64,000 bases of DNA from Harriotta raleighana (taxonomy: Eukaryota). The translations under genes and the position numbers were made by a program. Within the stretch, counting starts at the first letter, position 1, and every line of letters starts with the position of its first letter. Below the pieces are notes generated by a model, which made no database searches, was not told where the DNA came from, and worked only from the letters and a program-made list of their open reading frames with translations. Shown here one piece after another: positions 26,321 to 40,700 of the stretch. Where the stretch lies: positions 2,659,928 through 2,723,927 of the forward strand of contig JBNZDD010013683.1 of NCBI GenBank assembly GCA_050575255.1, written 5' to 3'.

Positions 26321-29109
26321 ATCATTTTAATTGACCGTGTGTTTTTATAATTGATTTAAGTATTAAACATTCCCCATTTATCCACTTCTGGTGGTTAGCC
26401 CATGAATTATAGTCAATCTCCTGTCAGGTTTCACCTGGAGACAGTGGCACGCTTGAGTCCTCCCTAAGATGTAAAATATAGATTTTTTTTCAGCTCAAAA
26501 TTTTTTTGTGTTGTTTAAGTTGAGTTGTTGAATGTTGTTGCTTACTTTATTTATCTTCGCCAGCTGTTTGTCTGATACTTGCAAGAAAATCTTTGCCGTG
26601 TATTAAAACTTAGCGCAAGCCAAGGCATTAAGCATGCAAAATGCATATTTGGGACACTGGGGTCATTGATTTACTTATAATAGGAGAAACCAATACAAGG
26701 GCGTTGTTAAATTTCTTGATAGTGGTCCAACTTTGCCTACTATACTTGCTAAACGATCAGTACAAGCTTGTTGGATTGAATGGAAAAAAATCTAATACCC
26801 CAGACACACAATATGATTAAGTGAGATTATTCATATGATTCATATTGATGTTTAAGATGGGTTGGCTTAAGAGTTGTAATAAGATGAACCCTAGTTTCTG
26901 TTAAGTTATTGGCTCTTACTTTCTGGGCTACAGTGTTTGCTGAATACTAGTATCCAAACTATATTAATCCCAGAGAACAATCGTATAGTATCCAGTTTAA
27001 AGGGTCCAATACTGAAATCCTCCCTGAAATACTTGGAGGTAATAATATATTTAATACAGTAGGTGTTCAATTTTTGATGACTTAAATTTAAACTTTTGAT
27101 TTGGAGAAACATTTTAGTGGGCATATAACAATGAAGGAATTTTTCAGTTTGCACAGTGAATTTATTACTGGCAAAATTGCGATATGAATCTGATAATACT
27201 TGCCCTCCTCCCTTGGATTTCCCCCCTCCCTTCTACCACCGCCACCAATTTTCATTCACAATTAAGCAAAACAATAACATCCAATTTGTAACACACTTTT
27301 GTTAAGTCTTGCATTGTTCAAGCCAACCTTGTAAAAAAAAACATTGTGGAGCCTGTTGTGTTGGAAAGTTGTTTGAGCTCTAAAACCTCATAATCAGAGT
27401 GGCAAATGCATCAACATTTTCAAATATTTATTAAGTGTAATAATGTAATCAGGGCCACTTGTACAAACACCAAATAATGTGCTGACTAAACTGAAGCCTT
27501 GCGACTAGATTTTCGGTACGATCAAAGGACTGCAGCTCTGGATAGCTCTGAACAAGTTTTTAGAAATCCAAGTGCAACATTTAAACGACTACGGTTATAA
27601 TGGTGCATTTGTGTTGTAATGAGAGTAAAACTGACAGCTGCTGAAGGTGTTTGCCGGGATCTGGCACATTGATTGAATGCATTGAGTACGAACTTTAACC
27701 CTTTGAATTTCTGCAGGAAAAAACAGCCCTTGAAAGTCATATTTCAAGTTTATTCTGAGCACGTGATAAATGTGAGCAGCATTGTTACTGGTGAGTTAAG
27801 ATGGTGTGATATTTTGGGGGACAAACCAAAGAGTGCGATGGATTTGGACAGAGAAATGTTGGGGATTTTATATTTGTAAAACAGAAATATTAATTTAGCA
27901 GGTGTTCAATTTCAGGTTATTGGAGCCCAAATTGTGTTCCATGTTCATCACCTCAGCTTTGTTTTACATTCCTGAAAATTCCAAGAATGCTTTTTTTATG
28001 CTGGGTTGCATGTTGTAATTGTATTACTTTGTAATCGTGATACATCTGATGTTAAAAACCTATATCGAGAGAGTTGAAGGATTAGACTCTTGTTTATCTT
28101 TGCAGACTCTTTCTTACCTGCATTGGCAGAGGTTTTAATTAAAATTGTTGCTTCCACCTTCAAATAGAATTGGAGTATAATTGGTCAAGGTAGACAGCAT
28201 TGTGGTGATTCTTTTCCTTCTGAGTCACTCTCTGCTGTGCTCTGAAGAAAAGGATCAATTGAATGACTGAGGCTAAGATGTTAGTGAAACATTTGAACAC
28301 CTTCCGAGAGATCTGACATTCACAGTCTTTTCAATTAAAAAAAAAAGTTTTTTTAAAAAATAGAGAGATCTATAAATGCTGATAATCTCAATGGAGCTGT
28401 GTAAGGGTGGATTTAGGTGAAGGTTTCTTTACATATACATCGCTCACCAAAAAACAGTATCGGTTGCAGTGCAATTTGATTCAGAAGGGGTTTCAGAAAG
28501 AGTGAAATCATTGTGTTGCTCTGTTGCCCTTCTGCCCTCTAGCATTTTTCTCTCTGGACTAACAATGTGATCTGCATCACGAAATTTGACTTTTGAGCAG
28601 AAAAAAGAGACTTCTGAGGCCAACATCCAATCCCCAAATTGCGTCATTATCTGGGTAACTTTAGGTAGAAGTCTTTCGATTTAATGTAAAAACAAGCTCT
28701 GATACAATTATTGAATGTTATCTATCACCTAACCCATGCTATTTTGTTCAAGTACCACTGTTTCAGGTTTGCAGTATACTTTGTTTCACCTTCATATGTT
28801 GAAAATGTATTTAGCCAATTTTTAGAAAGCTTTATGTATTTGGCAATTTATGTTGAGCTTTGGTTTATGACATGCAACCATCTCTTCAATTAAATCTTTA
28901 CACAATTGTGCAAATTCATTTTCATCTTTAGTTTTGTTTCTGTTTTGCAACTGCATATGTTTTCGGTGAACATGCATGTAACTAATCTGAAAGAAGGGCA
29001 ATGGATATATTTCTACTTCCAACTGTGCCAAATACTGTCGTCAACCATTTGTGTTTACTTGCACACACGAATGAAGAAAATAAAACTTGCTCTTCCAAAC
29101 AGTAAGTTT

Positions 29110-29212
29110 CAGCCCACAAGATATACAATCAATTCACTTTATGGAATATTTTGTAAAGCGCTTTGAGACATCTCAATGATAAGGCACAATAACAAATGCA
29201 AGGATTATTATC
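29110..29212 (+). mobile_element. Dominant SINE 3' tail
   Basis: CAATTCACTTT...AAAGCGCTTTGAGACATCTC...CAAATGCAAGGATTATTA. Confidence 0.8.
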
Positions 29213-29747
29213 ATTTATTAATTCATGCAAGTTCTTTTCATTATGACTGCAAAGATGTGTCGGACTTGGATTAGTGTCCTGATTCCTCACATGAATAGAG
29301 CTCCTTTGCGATCTGCCCGTTTGTTTGTGAGAACTGAAGGAAATGGAGAGCAGACATGAAATAAAGCGCTCGGGTGCTCACGTTCAGGGCCAGGTGAATT
29401 ACATCCAAGAATAGTTAAGTGAATAAAAGCAGAGGTCACGAGAGCTGCTGCCAAATATTTTTGCAGACTCATTAAGTAGCAGGATAGCACCCAAAGATTG
29501 GAAAATTGTTAACGTTCAAGTTGTTGTAAGTGTTACGTTCCTTGATCCTGGAAATTATATGTTTGTTGGCTTTGAAATTTATTATAAAGAAAGCAATTCA
29601 AGAGCTTTTAACAAGGCTTCAGGCAATTATCCAAATTATCCACGATTAGTTTTTATAAGACCAGGTCACGGGGAAACGAGTAACAAATGGCGCTGACAAC
29701 AATTGATGGTGATGATGATACTATTTAAGAACTTCAAGAAGATGTTT

Positions 29748-29795
29748 CAGCACCTTGGGATGTCCTCCCGATGTGAAAGGCGCTATATAAATGTA

Positions 29796-29834
<39 letters not shown>
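29748..29834 (+). mobile_element. L2-type 3' tail ending in a (GATT)n microsatellite
   Basis: CAGCACCTTGGGATGTCCTCCCGATGTGAAAGGCGCTATATAAATGTAATTTT(GATT)n. Confidence 0.8.
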
Positions 29835-29835
<1 letters not shown>

Positions 29836-29844
29836 GTTTGATGA

Positions 29845-30040
29845 GATGAAGATATTTGGTCAAGCTTTTTCTCAAATGAGTCCAATCTCTTGATCTAAAC
29901 CACCCTTCTGGTAAACTGTTCCAGCTGTTTATTAACCTCTGTGCAAAAGAATAAAAACCAGTTATTTCACAGGATATACTGTAAAGTGGATTGACTGCGT
30001 ATTTTGTGCTGAAACATGGCAGCCAGTTGCGCACGGACAC
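29845..30040 (-). mobile_element. CR1 3' fragment (about 29845-29960) abutting a SINE fragment (about 29963-30040)
   Basis: Minus-strand translation FYSFAQRLINSWNSLPEG is a CR1 C-terminal motif; the adjacent TTCACAGGATATACTGTAAAGTGGATTGACTG is SINE tail. Confidence 0.7.
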
Positions 30041-31779
30041 CTTGACGTAGCTGATAGCATTATGATAAGCTCCTTCAATGTCTGGTGGTTTTAGGTTCAC
30101 ACTCTGTCTGATTTTCACCCATTTTGTGCTGCGTTAAAGCCATGTCCAGCATGATGTGACAGTGTTGGATAATCGTAAATGGTATGAGTTTGTGATGTAG
30201 AGCTTTATTGCTGATAAGTATTTTTGAACAGTTTGGGAGGATGGGAAAAGCATAGCTTTGTTTTGGATTGAATGTTCAGTTTGAATTCTGCCTGGAACTA
30301 AAAGATGTCATACATAAATTATGTCGAATGTAAAAAAAAAAAAGTCTTAAATCACATTCCCCCTCCCCATCAAAGCAGCCACTTTGCCACATCACTGACA
30401 GCAAATTAGTATATACTTGTTTTAATTAGCTTCCGACATTCACTCTAATGTTCATGAAGTAAAACCAGCATCATAACACGTTAGTAAATTTTGATGGTTT
30501 CCTTTGGTAGTCACATTGGGCCCCATGATGTTTTTTTTTAATAAGTGCTAATTTTTTAACACATGCTATCGAAACATTCTGCAGATCTTCAATATCTGGG
30601 CAGTTTATCTCTTGGCTCTCGCCACCCTGTGCCTAATACTTCTTGGCATTATACATTCCTCCAGGGACAGAAAGAGTGTGTTCTATTTCAGACACGGGGA
30701 ATTTTCCATGTGTAGGTGGCATGCATATGTAGGATTCTCAGTCTGGTTTATATACTCTTAGCATAATGATGGGTTTCCTCATGTATCAGACATCCAGCGT
30801 ACCAAAGAAAAGCTGTAGATCAGTGTAGTGCAATAAGTGGTCAATGAATGTGGTAATGATAGGTATCTGATTTTTCAGAGTCAAATGCCACTACCCTGTA
30901 TGGATTTACACACATCAGTTGCAATGATACTATCTCCAAGTAAAAGGGCGGTGAAATAAAGCGGATAGGTCATTCAGCAGTTTAGTGCAGCCACCACAAA
31001 ACCGTATTGGAAAATCGTGAAAGTGCCATTTTGTTCTGGGGTTAGACAACTGACTATTAAATCAATTAGCCCCACCATTTGAAAGCCTCTGCACGAAGCA
31101 TACAGACATGAGAGTCAATTCAGTGAGGAATTGTACACTTGCACAGTTAGCAATTATGGGGTACAGCTTTAAACCACTGAATTTTTCCATAAATAAAACA
31201 TGCCATTTCAACTTGAAACGTAGAGCAATGTCAGACCACCGCAAACTACGCTTTTCTTCTATTGTCTCTTGTTTTTCTCTGAGTCAATTTATCTCATTGA
31301 TACATTGTTATGAAATGTCTTTCGGGTTCAACGTCTGTGTGCATGAATCATATTTTAAAATCAGATATGCTCTATAATTAAAAACTGCAGTGCATTACAT
31401 ACAGAAATAGTTACTGTGCATAATTCATAAGTATTTTCAGCATAGTGTTTTCTACAATATGGTATGATTTCATTTTGAAATGCAAAACATTTCAAAATAA
31501 TGCTTTAATTTACAGGCATATTGTACTATGCTGCCACCTTAGACTGATATTCTGTTAATATATGCAGTAAATGAAGGCGAGATGGTGCTGGGTATGGGTA
31601 CAGGTTGTACCTGTCCATCAGACGGCTGGCCTATTGATCTGTCACAATCTATTGACAATCTGATTCCAACCCCATGTCAGCAATTTGAAATCACTTTGAA
31701 ATCGTATGCAATGCAACGATGGTGGTGGGCTGCATTGCTAGAGTCACCATCATTTGGATGCGACGTTATGAGCTGAGGA

Positions 31780-32110
31780 AGGGAGGGCAAAAGTAGCCGA
31801 AAGGAATGAACAGGTTTGGAGGTGGGTTTGAAGGCAGAGAAGGAGGTGACACCCCTAAGGGGATCTGAGATGAGGGTCCAGAACGCAGGGTCAGAATGGC
31901 TGAAGGCTTGCCCACCGATGGTGGGGAGGAACGAGTGAGGACATGAGGTAAGCTGGTGTTTCCTGAGTGGAGGGAGCAGCCACAGTGGTATCAGTATGGT
32001 GATAGGGTCGGACGAGGCAGTGCAGGAATTTGAATCCGAGGGCGAAAATCTTCAATTCAATCCACTGGGTGACGGGGAGCTGGTGTAAGGAATGAAGCAG
32101 TGATGGCTTA
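31780..32110 (-). mobile_element. L2 LINE 3' fragment
   Basis: Minus-strand SLLHSLHQLPVTQWIELKIFALGFKFLHCL matches the L2 'P.L..LHWLPV..RI.FK.L' motif. Confidence 0.8.
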
Positions 32111-34698
32111 GGTCGGTTTGGAGCTACAGCCTGTATATTCCAATGAAAACGAATACAGACTTTATTGCTTTTAGGTGGAAAGAAAGCAAAACAATCAATA
32201 CCACTTAAATGTACATGTGTGTGGATCAATGGTTTGATTTAAGAGTCGTATTTCAGCACTCGAGAGCATAGCTAAAACTATTCCTGTGCTCATTCTTGGA
32301 AATTCATTCTGATGTGTAACTCACATCGTGACCCACACTTCCATATTCATTCTTCATTTCCTTTACAAGCGTGAGAAAACTTAATTTCCATGATTTAAAA
32401 GAAAGCAGAACGTCTGGTGCTCCAGTGATTCAGAAGAAGGAGTCAAGGATTCTCACGATGATAAGTCTAATATCAAACAATGCAGATATTATATGGAAGC
32501 GTCATTATGTCTTTCTTTTCAGAAATTACCATAACGCCCGATTCATTCCTTCTTGTCCTTTTATTGCATCTTAAAAAGCCCCGTCCTAGCAGAATTAATG
32601 CAAAATTTGTGGTATTCACAGTCACTACGCTTTACAGTAATCGCTGTGAATTGTGTTACAAAAACATTTCTACAACATGATGAGGCATCATATCAAAGGT
32701 AAGGATTATTAATTTATATCTCGGTGACTATCCTTATAGCACCTCGCTGTAATAACTTACATTAACATTTTATAAGTGAACACAAATGAGTTCTCTTGTG
32801 GCTAAACGCTTTTGCAAGACAATACTATGCTACTTCTGTGACGTTTGTCTGTTTGCTTTCCATATATTTTCAATTTTAGGTTTTAGCTCTATTTCTAGGA
32901 TATAATCTTGTGAGGAATGCAGTTATGGGTTTTGACTCCCAATTGTCTCATTCCTCACCAAAAGATGATCACAGCCTAGAATGTTGAAGTCCTGATTTAT
33001 CCTAGCATAACACCTCTGAGAGCAACTTGTATAGGCCACGTAAGAATTCAAAATCTTGTCAAATTGAATTGGATCTCCCTACCTATTAGCAACTTTAATT
33101 GGTGTTCTTCCAAAGCATTGACATTGTGTTGGCTATGTTATAAACTAGTACTGTACCAGAAACTGAGAACCATTTCCACTCGACTATCATTTCAACACAT
33201 TCTATTGCTGTTTTGAGATAAAAAATTAACAAAATTACTGTTGCCTAGAAACTTTTCCACAGAATACAAATAGCTGAATTATCTGTTATCGTTCTTAATG
33301 TAGAATTGCACTCCTTTTGAAAACATTGAAACAAACTTCAAAGAGACTCCGCTTTGTAAAGTTTTTTAAAAAAAATACACAGCAGCCACATCTATTCTCT
33401 AATGGTTTATTGGAGACACAAAGTCAGCAGCTATCTATTCTCAAACACTGATAGAAGTGGAAGTATGGTATTAGGGTTAGATTAACAGGATTTACATCTC
33501 AAGGCTTATAGCTTTTTAAGAAACCAAAATCTATTGCAGTTACGCAAGACCGGCACTCGCAACTCTAATCGAGATTTATCACAACATTAATTTAAAGACA
33601 TTTCAGTAGCACTCGTCTTCGATAGTAATTGGCTCAAAATGTTTGTTACATTCTTACTGTAAGAGGTATTCAATAGAAGGCTGGTGTTTTGTAAACTAAA
33701 TTGCAATAGCTATGAAATTTAAACCATTGAGTTGATTGTACTATTCCTCTAGGATTAGTCTGTTTTACAAGACAAATCCTCCAGATCTCAGCACAAAAAT
33801 CTCAGTTCTGTTATGGGTAGATTCGAAAGTCCCCAGTAAACCTATTAAGAGGAAATGTCAATGTACGGTATAAATTTGCTCGGTTCTTTGAATTGCTCAT
33901 TGCATTCACCACCCGAGTAGACAGTGGGTGGGGATCAGAGAAGGGCTCAGTCATCTCTCTCCACGGTGTTGGTTTAAGATGAATTGAGAATCGTTTACCA
34001 GGGAAAATGAATAAAATGTGAAGGAGTGAATAAACATGACTAACAAAATGGGCTTTCCATAAAGACTCTACATTTACAAACTCAATAAATCTTTTATGTT
34101 CCCTTCTTTACTCTCTTGTTATGTGCCGAGAGCCCCGAATGTTTTCGAGGCCTTTGTTGAGAATTACTATAAAGCGCCGTTGATTGCGTCCTGTGGGTAA
34201 GCAGAGCGATTTGGGGGGATTTTCACAATAATGCAGAATGCATTAATCATATGCTCCTACTGTATCTCAATAATTTTAAGTAGGTGTTCTAGAGGATATA
34301 GAAGATACCCCACTGTAGCTGGGTAACGTGATGTTTAGATGATCAAGCTAACTGAACAATGTATCACAGGAGGAATGAAGTTGCAGATGTGCAGTTAGTC
34401 TGGCTTTCAAACTGCTTTCGCTGTTATTTTTTTCTATGGGATTATTTTAATGGAGATTTTTTTTTCCCTCAGCAGTTTTAACTGTTAAGGAAAGAGAATA
34501 CTTATTATGAGGTGTGCAGGGTGCACGTTGCCACTGTGGAGCAGTGAACAATTCAGTTGTCAATACTTGTGGAAATTAACAGGCTAAAGCAACAGAGAGG
34601 CAGAAAGCAGACAGAGCTTTATTTAGAAGCCGAAGGCTGGACAAATATCCTTTACAACCATGCAGAGTATGAAATACAACTGTATCTCAGCACAACTA

Positions 34699-35245
34699 GG
34701 TGTCAGCCTGGCTCACTTAGTAGTCCTATAGCCTCTGAGTCAGAAGATTGTGGATTCAAGCACCATGTTGGGACTTTGGAATCATACTGTCTTGTCGCAC
34801 ACTCCACTAAACACTCATGGTGTGCTGCATTGCTGGAGATTTGTATTCCATTCTCTGTGTGTTTTTAAATTGTGTTTTGCCCACAAAATACACTGAAAAT
34901 CCGCTTTACAATATATTCTGAAGCACTTTGAGGCATCTCAACGATGTGGTATGGTTCTATATCAAATGCAATGATTGTATGTATCTTATGTATTTNGTTT
35001 TTAAATTGTGTTTTGCCCACAAAATACACTGAAAATCTGCTTTACAATATATTCTGAAGCACTTTGAGGCATCTCAACGACGTGGTATGGTTCTATATCA
35101 AATGCAATGATTGTATGTATCTTATGTATTTGAAAAGAGAAGGGAGGGAGTTTTTCCCCAGTGTTTGGGCCAGATAAAACTGGACATTCATTTCAAATCT
35201 GTAAGACATTGCTCACAAAATACTGTCACTGTGCTTTACAGTAAA
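34699..35245 (+). mobile_element. Deu-domain SINE (head 34699-34840, remainder about 35134-35245) interrupted by a younger SINE tail
   Basis: GGTGTCAGCCTGGCTCACTTAGTAG...GCCTCTGAGTCAGAAGATTGTGGATTCAAG; resumes at AAAGAGAAGGGAGGGAGTTTTTCCCCAGTGTTTGGGCCA. Confidence 0.7.
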
Positions 35246-35267
35246 TAAAACCTTTAAAATAAAAAAA

Positions 35268-35430
35268 ATCCTTGTATTTGATGTAGCACATTTCAAATCT
35301 TTGAGACATCTCAAAGTGCTTCACAGAAATATACAGTAAAACATAACAGCCAAGCAGCAGTGTTCCACAATCAGTCATAGATTGAGTGACCAATTTATTA
35401 TTATTTTTTGAAGCAATTATTACCCCTGAA
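35268..35430 (-). mobile_element. 5'-truncated dominant SINE
   Basis: ATCCTTGTATTTGATGTAGC...GACATCTCAAAGTGCTTCACAGAAATATACAGTAAA...GATTGAGTGACCAATTTATTA. Confidence 0.8.
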
Positions 35431-37469
35431 AAAATGATTCAATTAACGAACAACTGGGTTTCTAAGAGGCACTATTTGAAATGGAAATTTTATTACCTTA
35501 TTACAATGGGGGCGAATTAGATGAAAAATGGATTAACAAGAAAATTAAATGAACTAATGAAGAGGAAAAGGGAATGCATGACCATTGGGCCAAGTGTAAG
35601 ACTATACAGAAGCAATTGTTTAGCACATAAATCAAGGGAGAACTGGAAAGGGGATGGAGGAGGTGCAAAAGAAAACTTAATACACAAATCTTCTTCCAAT
35701 ATTGTAACAGCATTCAGGCAGGCAGCAAGGAACCTAAAATGTTGAGGGACTAAAGGAAGTTGAAAATAAGGTCAAGCAAGAGAGTGAACATATGAAATAA
35801 TTGAAACCTGGAATATTCTTTATAATCAATCAATAAATCAATCAAAATTACATTCNATGTCGTCCAACACACAGCCCATGTTGTATAAGTTCCAAGACTG
35901 TGATATGAATGCGATAGACAGTCCAGATAAGAGCACAAGGGCCTGAGAATCAATAAATTCCCTTTACACCACAGCGAGACAAGGTAGTCAGGGGAGTATA
36001 TTTGTGAAGAACCACTAGTTATATTTTGACAGCCAGTAAATACTGTGGGGTGCATGGCTGAATCTTCAATGTGATATCCATATCTGGGGCCTTTCAGATC
36101 TCGGGGTGGTAAGCAGTGGTTTAAGTCGCTGTATTGGTCTTTCAACCCCAGTGAATAGGATGAATCAGCTTGGCGGTGGTGAGCTACAGCAATAGATTTC
36201 TGTATTCATTATAAGAGATAGGCCAGTGGAATGGGAGGCAGTCTAAATGAAAGAACAAGAGAGCTCAGTCAGGTCAGTGTTGGCATTTAATAACCAGTTT
36301 ACTCACCAGAATTTTTATCTGGAGACTGGAAGATTTCCCTCAGTGTTAATTACAGTACTTTAATGTGAGACTGCAACAAAATGATAGTAAACCAGGTGCA
36401 ATCTGGTAAGCAAACCATGCAGTAGGCCTTAAATTGTGGCTGTACTCGAGAGATGCTATTCACATGCCTGACAACTAAAATCACGAATAAAGTCCCTGAA
36501 AGCAAAAAAGTGATGGGTCTGTTTTTAGTCAGAATGATTAATTGTTTTACGTATTGCAACCACACAGACACACGATAGTAGGTTTCGACTTAAATGCTGC
36601 AAGCTTACCCTCTTGTTAGAGTACCAATGTGTACAACAAATAGAATGTCAGGAATACATGAACCAGAAGATGTCGTACATAAATACAATCAAGTAGAACA
36701 TGCTCGAATGGTTCAGGAATTTAAGTCTGTCTTCCTACAGCTCTTCACAGCTCTCCCTGGTACAATAGCAGCAGTAATTTAGATCGGAGAGAGTGGGGAG
36801 CTGCAGCTTGGAGATTGGTAAGGGAGACAGTGATTTGCTCATCTGCCCATCAATGCATGTGTGGGGTTCTGCTAATCAGGCTCCAACCGCTGGGAATGTT
36901 TTTTTAACTAAATGCAAACAGCTGGTGGGAATTTTACCAGTTAAAATTAGTGTGATGACAATTTGGAGATGAGCTCACTCAATGCTGGTGATCGCACCTG
37001 ACTTTACCTGGTGGAAACGGTGTCAGTAGGAGTCCGGTTACCACCCACTGAATATTGAAAAATTGCGACTCACATCACTGAGCTGGGTACCCTACAGGCC
37101 AACAAAGCTCTCTGAACAGAGTCCAAATACTTTCAGGAGGTTGACTCTTAATTATTAAATCAATCCTGATTCTATTCTGTCGGTCATGTGTCAAACTGAA
37201 TATGCACAAATATCGCTGACATTGGGGATGTGACGCCAATTGTTCAGTGAACGAACGTAAGCTTCTGTTGAATTGGTTTTAAAGAGGGCAAATATCCAAA
37301 TGTACCTTGTAATATTGTAGTCTTTGACCATTTGGAGATTTTTCATTAAAAGCTCATCTGTCAGAGGGCAACAAACAATTAACTTGGTGTTGCAGCTCAG
37401 CATCGAGCTCGGCCACTGTTAAGAACTCTGAGGCGCTATTCTGTGTATATAAATATACCATGTCTACAC

Positions 37470-37705
37470 AATCAATCAAAATTACAGCCAAATTACGCAT
37501 AGCAGTGTCCCACAAACAGTCATGGAAGTGGGGTTAGGGGAGAAAGGGGGGAAAGATGGCAAGGGGNGGTAGGGAGAAGGAGAACAGGAAAAACCCACTG
37601 TATATTTGTGGGCAAAACGCAGCAGNTGTCGGGGTAGGGGGAAGGAGAACAGGAAAAACCCACTATATTTGTGGGCGAAATGCAGCAGCCAAATTGCGCA
37701 CAGCA
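37470..37705 (-). mobile_element. Fragmented SINE pieces with a purine-rich insert and assembly Ns
   Basis: CAGCCAAATTACGCATAGCAGTGTCCCACAAACAGTCATGGA, plus two copies of (G)TATATTTGTGGGC(A/G)AAA(C/T)GCAGCAG; Ns at 37567 and 37626. Confidence 0.7.
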
Positions 37706-40700
37706 AATAAATACAAATACAAGTTGTTGTTTTATATATCTGCTCACTGAAAAGTGCACAGATTATATGATAGAACGTCCAGACAAGAAGGAACGGATGG
37801 AAATGTTACTGTTCTTTGGGAAAAGTAATTGATTATTCAATTTTTTTACAATGCGGATACNACACAGCAAATAAATACAAATACAAGTTGTTGTTGTTTT
37901 ATATATCTGCTCACTGAAAAGTGCACAGGTTATATGATAGAACGTCCAGACAAGAAGGAACGGATGGAAGTGTTACCGTTCTTTGGGAAAAGTAATTGAT
38001 TATTCAATTTTTTTACAATGCGGATACATAGAAAGTGTCTTTTTTCTATGGGCAGTTATANCATAGAAAATGTCTTTTTTCTATGGGCAGTTATACAAAC
38101 ATACATTATAGATATGGGAATAATACAACTTAGAATATTGGAGTTCCTGGCCATAGCTGATTCTTGTTGAAAGCTCACTTTAAAGTTTAAGGTTTTTTTT
38201 AAACAAAAATACATGAATTCCAAAGTATTGAATGCTGCTAAAATGACAGAAATATTACAGAGATTTAGTTTTTTTTTAAAAAAGTGCTGCCAACTGTTCC
38301 TAAAATAGATCAACTGCACTCACATCAGTTCAAGGCAGTGGTCATATTCCTCAGGGACTTTAGTAACTTCACCAGAGCATCTTCACTCTGTGAGTAACCT
38401 TCAAGTTTTGACTTTCCAGAGAATAAATTTGATGATTTATTCACTTGAGCACTTCAAGGGTCAACAGCTTTTCCAACTGGCTACCTTCTTTATTTTTGCA
38501 CAAAACACACACACAAAAATGATGAGTGCAAATATAAAACAGCCATCGTTAATTTGTGTTTTTTCAGTAGGATTTGCCATCAGACACCAGTGATTGAGGT
38601 CATCGAGATCCATTCAAAATCAGATGATCAGGAATTCTATTTTATGGCAAAGCGAAAAAAACAGCATCGGTAATTGTTAAAGAGAGAGAAGCTTGGATTG
38701 TAGCTGGGTGAGTTATTATCAAAGTTGTGACAAATATATTTCTGCTTTCTGATTTTAAACCTATTTTGTTCTCAATAGAAATTATAGCTCAGTAGATAGT
38801 CAATTGGACCCAGGAAGTTTGAAATGTTGTGAGCCCACCCCCACTGGAGGTAACTGCTCTAATCTCAATTTCCTTTTTTTTTCTTTCCGTTCCCTTTTTA
38901 CATTCTTGCTTTATATATCTTTATCCATTTCAATGATCAATTTTTGAATCCTGCTTTGAAACCTACTGGGAAAAGCATAACCGTTCTTTGTGGTTTTGAG
39001 TATTTTAACAAGTGGATGATAATAATAATTATTAATGATATCTTATTGGTAATAATAGCAAGATCCACCTCCCCCAGAGCTACACAGTGAATGACCATTC
39101 TTTTAAAATCTGCTTTATCCCAATTAATTCTATATTTAGGCTGAACTGAAGTCCTTTGAAACGCATTAATGTATATTTGGATCTTTCCTCTTAATGAGCA
39201 GCCATGCAATGGACTCGATATATATTGCTTGCAACAGACCATAATGAACGATTTCCTCTTCGTAAAATAAGCCATTTAAGTGAAACTTCTAAAATTGACA
39301 TTCTTTAAAACGCCCACAGAAATCACAATTGAAAATGCCAGGTTAAGATCGAGGGGGTTGCAGGTTGACTTTTGAGTAGGGTCAGATTGTGTTCTGGAAC
39401 AGTTAGTCCACTCTCTTTCATGTAAGCAAGTAAGATATTGGCACAGCAGTCTCCACTGTGGCCATTTGGAAAGCCTTTTGGATGACGTGGGAAGGGGGAG
39501 TGTGTGGGGTGGAGGTTGGGGAGCAAATTAATTTACACATCTCCAAATTGTTCCAACTGAATTCAACTGTTCATGTGAGGGAAATGGATGGCAAAAGAAA
39601 AAGGTAACTGGTGAAAAATCATAAGAGACCTGGTTAGAGAGAGTCAGCAGCATTATATGGGTGCAGTGATGGAGTTAAGATTCGAATGAGCATTTTGGCA
39701 ATTACAATTGTAATTTATAACCAGGATAATTAAACCGTCACCTCCCTGGGTTTTTCTTTATATTTAAGCAAACGTCTCGTCCAACTGAATATATCATGAA
39801 CTAAGGTTAAAAGAGGAACTGTACATGATGCTGATTAACCCGGACATAATAACTTAAATCTGTGTTTAATCCTGTTTTTTTTTGCTGTATGTCCTTATAG
39901 AAAGGTTGATTAGCCGATCGATCATAGGAAGTACTGAAAATCAAAATGGTAAATGTGGTTAGTCAATCAGAACCAATAAAACCTCCTTAAAGAATGCCAG
40001 ATTGCTCTATGTCCACCCACTGCATGCGTGGGGTCATAATAAAGGAGAAACAATTGTGACAGCAAAACATTCTCATCAAAGATGTAGACAGACAATGCTA
40101 TTCATAATGTAGACTTTTCCGTACTTTTATCAATTGGAAATGAGTGGCACTGTAAAGAATAATGGAGCTTTAGATCATCCGGAATAAATGGGAAAGAGGA
40201 TTGACATTGGACGATTTTGAATTGAAAATGCTACTCTATTACTTCTGCTATATTTCCTATATATAAAAAAAGCTCCTTATATCTCATTACAATTCCCCAG
40301 TTCGGTCGTGATGATTGTTTATGATCAGTAAAAAAAAAAGTGGAGAAATATATCCTCATTATAATCCGCCCTTTTACTGTTTTCTCATACAGCACCAGAA
40401 GAGAGCATTACAGTGAGCTATTAGTGAATCTTGACCCAGCTTTTATTTATAAAAGCACCTTTTCGTTGTTAAAAATGGTTGATTTTTGGCAGGAATATTA
40501 CTGAAACACTTGGGGGCAGGCAGGGTAATGATTATTTTCTGGGCTCAATCGATTTTTCACCCCATTTCTGCAACACTGAAGTATCGCGAGCGCTAATGTT
40601 AGCTCTTGATGAATGATTTAAAACAACAAAGGGTAAATTGGAAAATAAAATGAAAGGGCAGGAAATCAGTTCGATTCGGTTTGCCAGAGAAATGGAAACT

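Noticed and set aside
35821-35856. (ATCA)n-like tract ending abruptly at an N
   Set aside because: It is the antisense end of an L2-type (GATT)n tail whose remainder is lost in an assembly gap.
37568-38095. Cluster of tandem duplications resembling a repeat array or CRISPR
   Set aside because: Every repeat boundary coincides with an N; there are no regular repeat-spacer units and no cas genes.
39489-39522. G-quadruplex-like G-runs (also about 46484-46499 and the C-runs at 50030-50055)
   Set aside because: Low-complexity tracts common in vertebrate DNA, with nothing indicating function.
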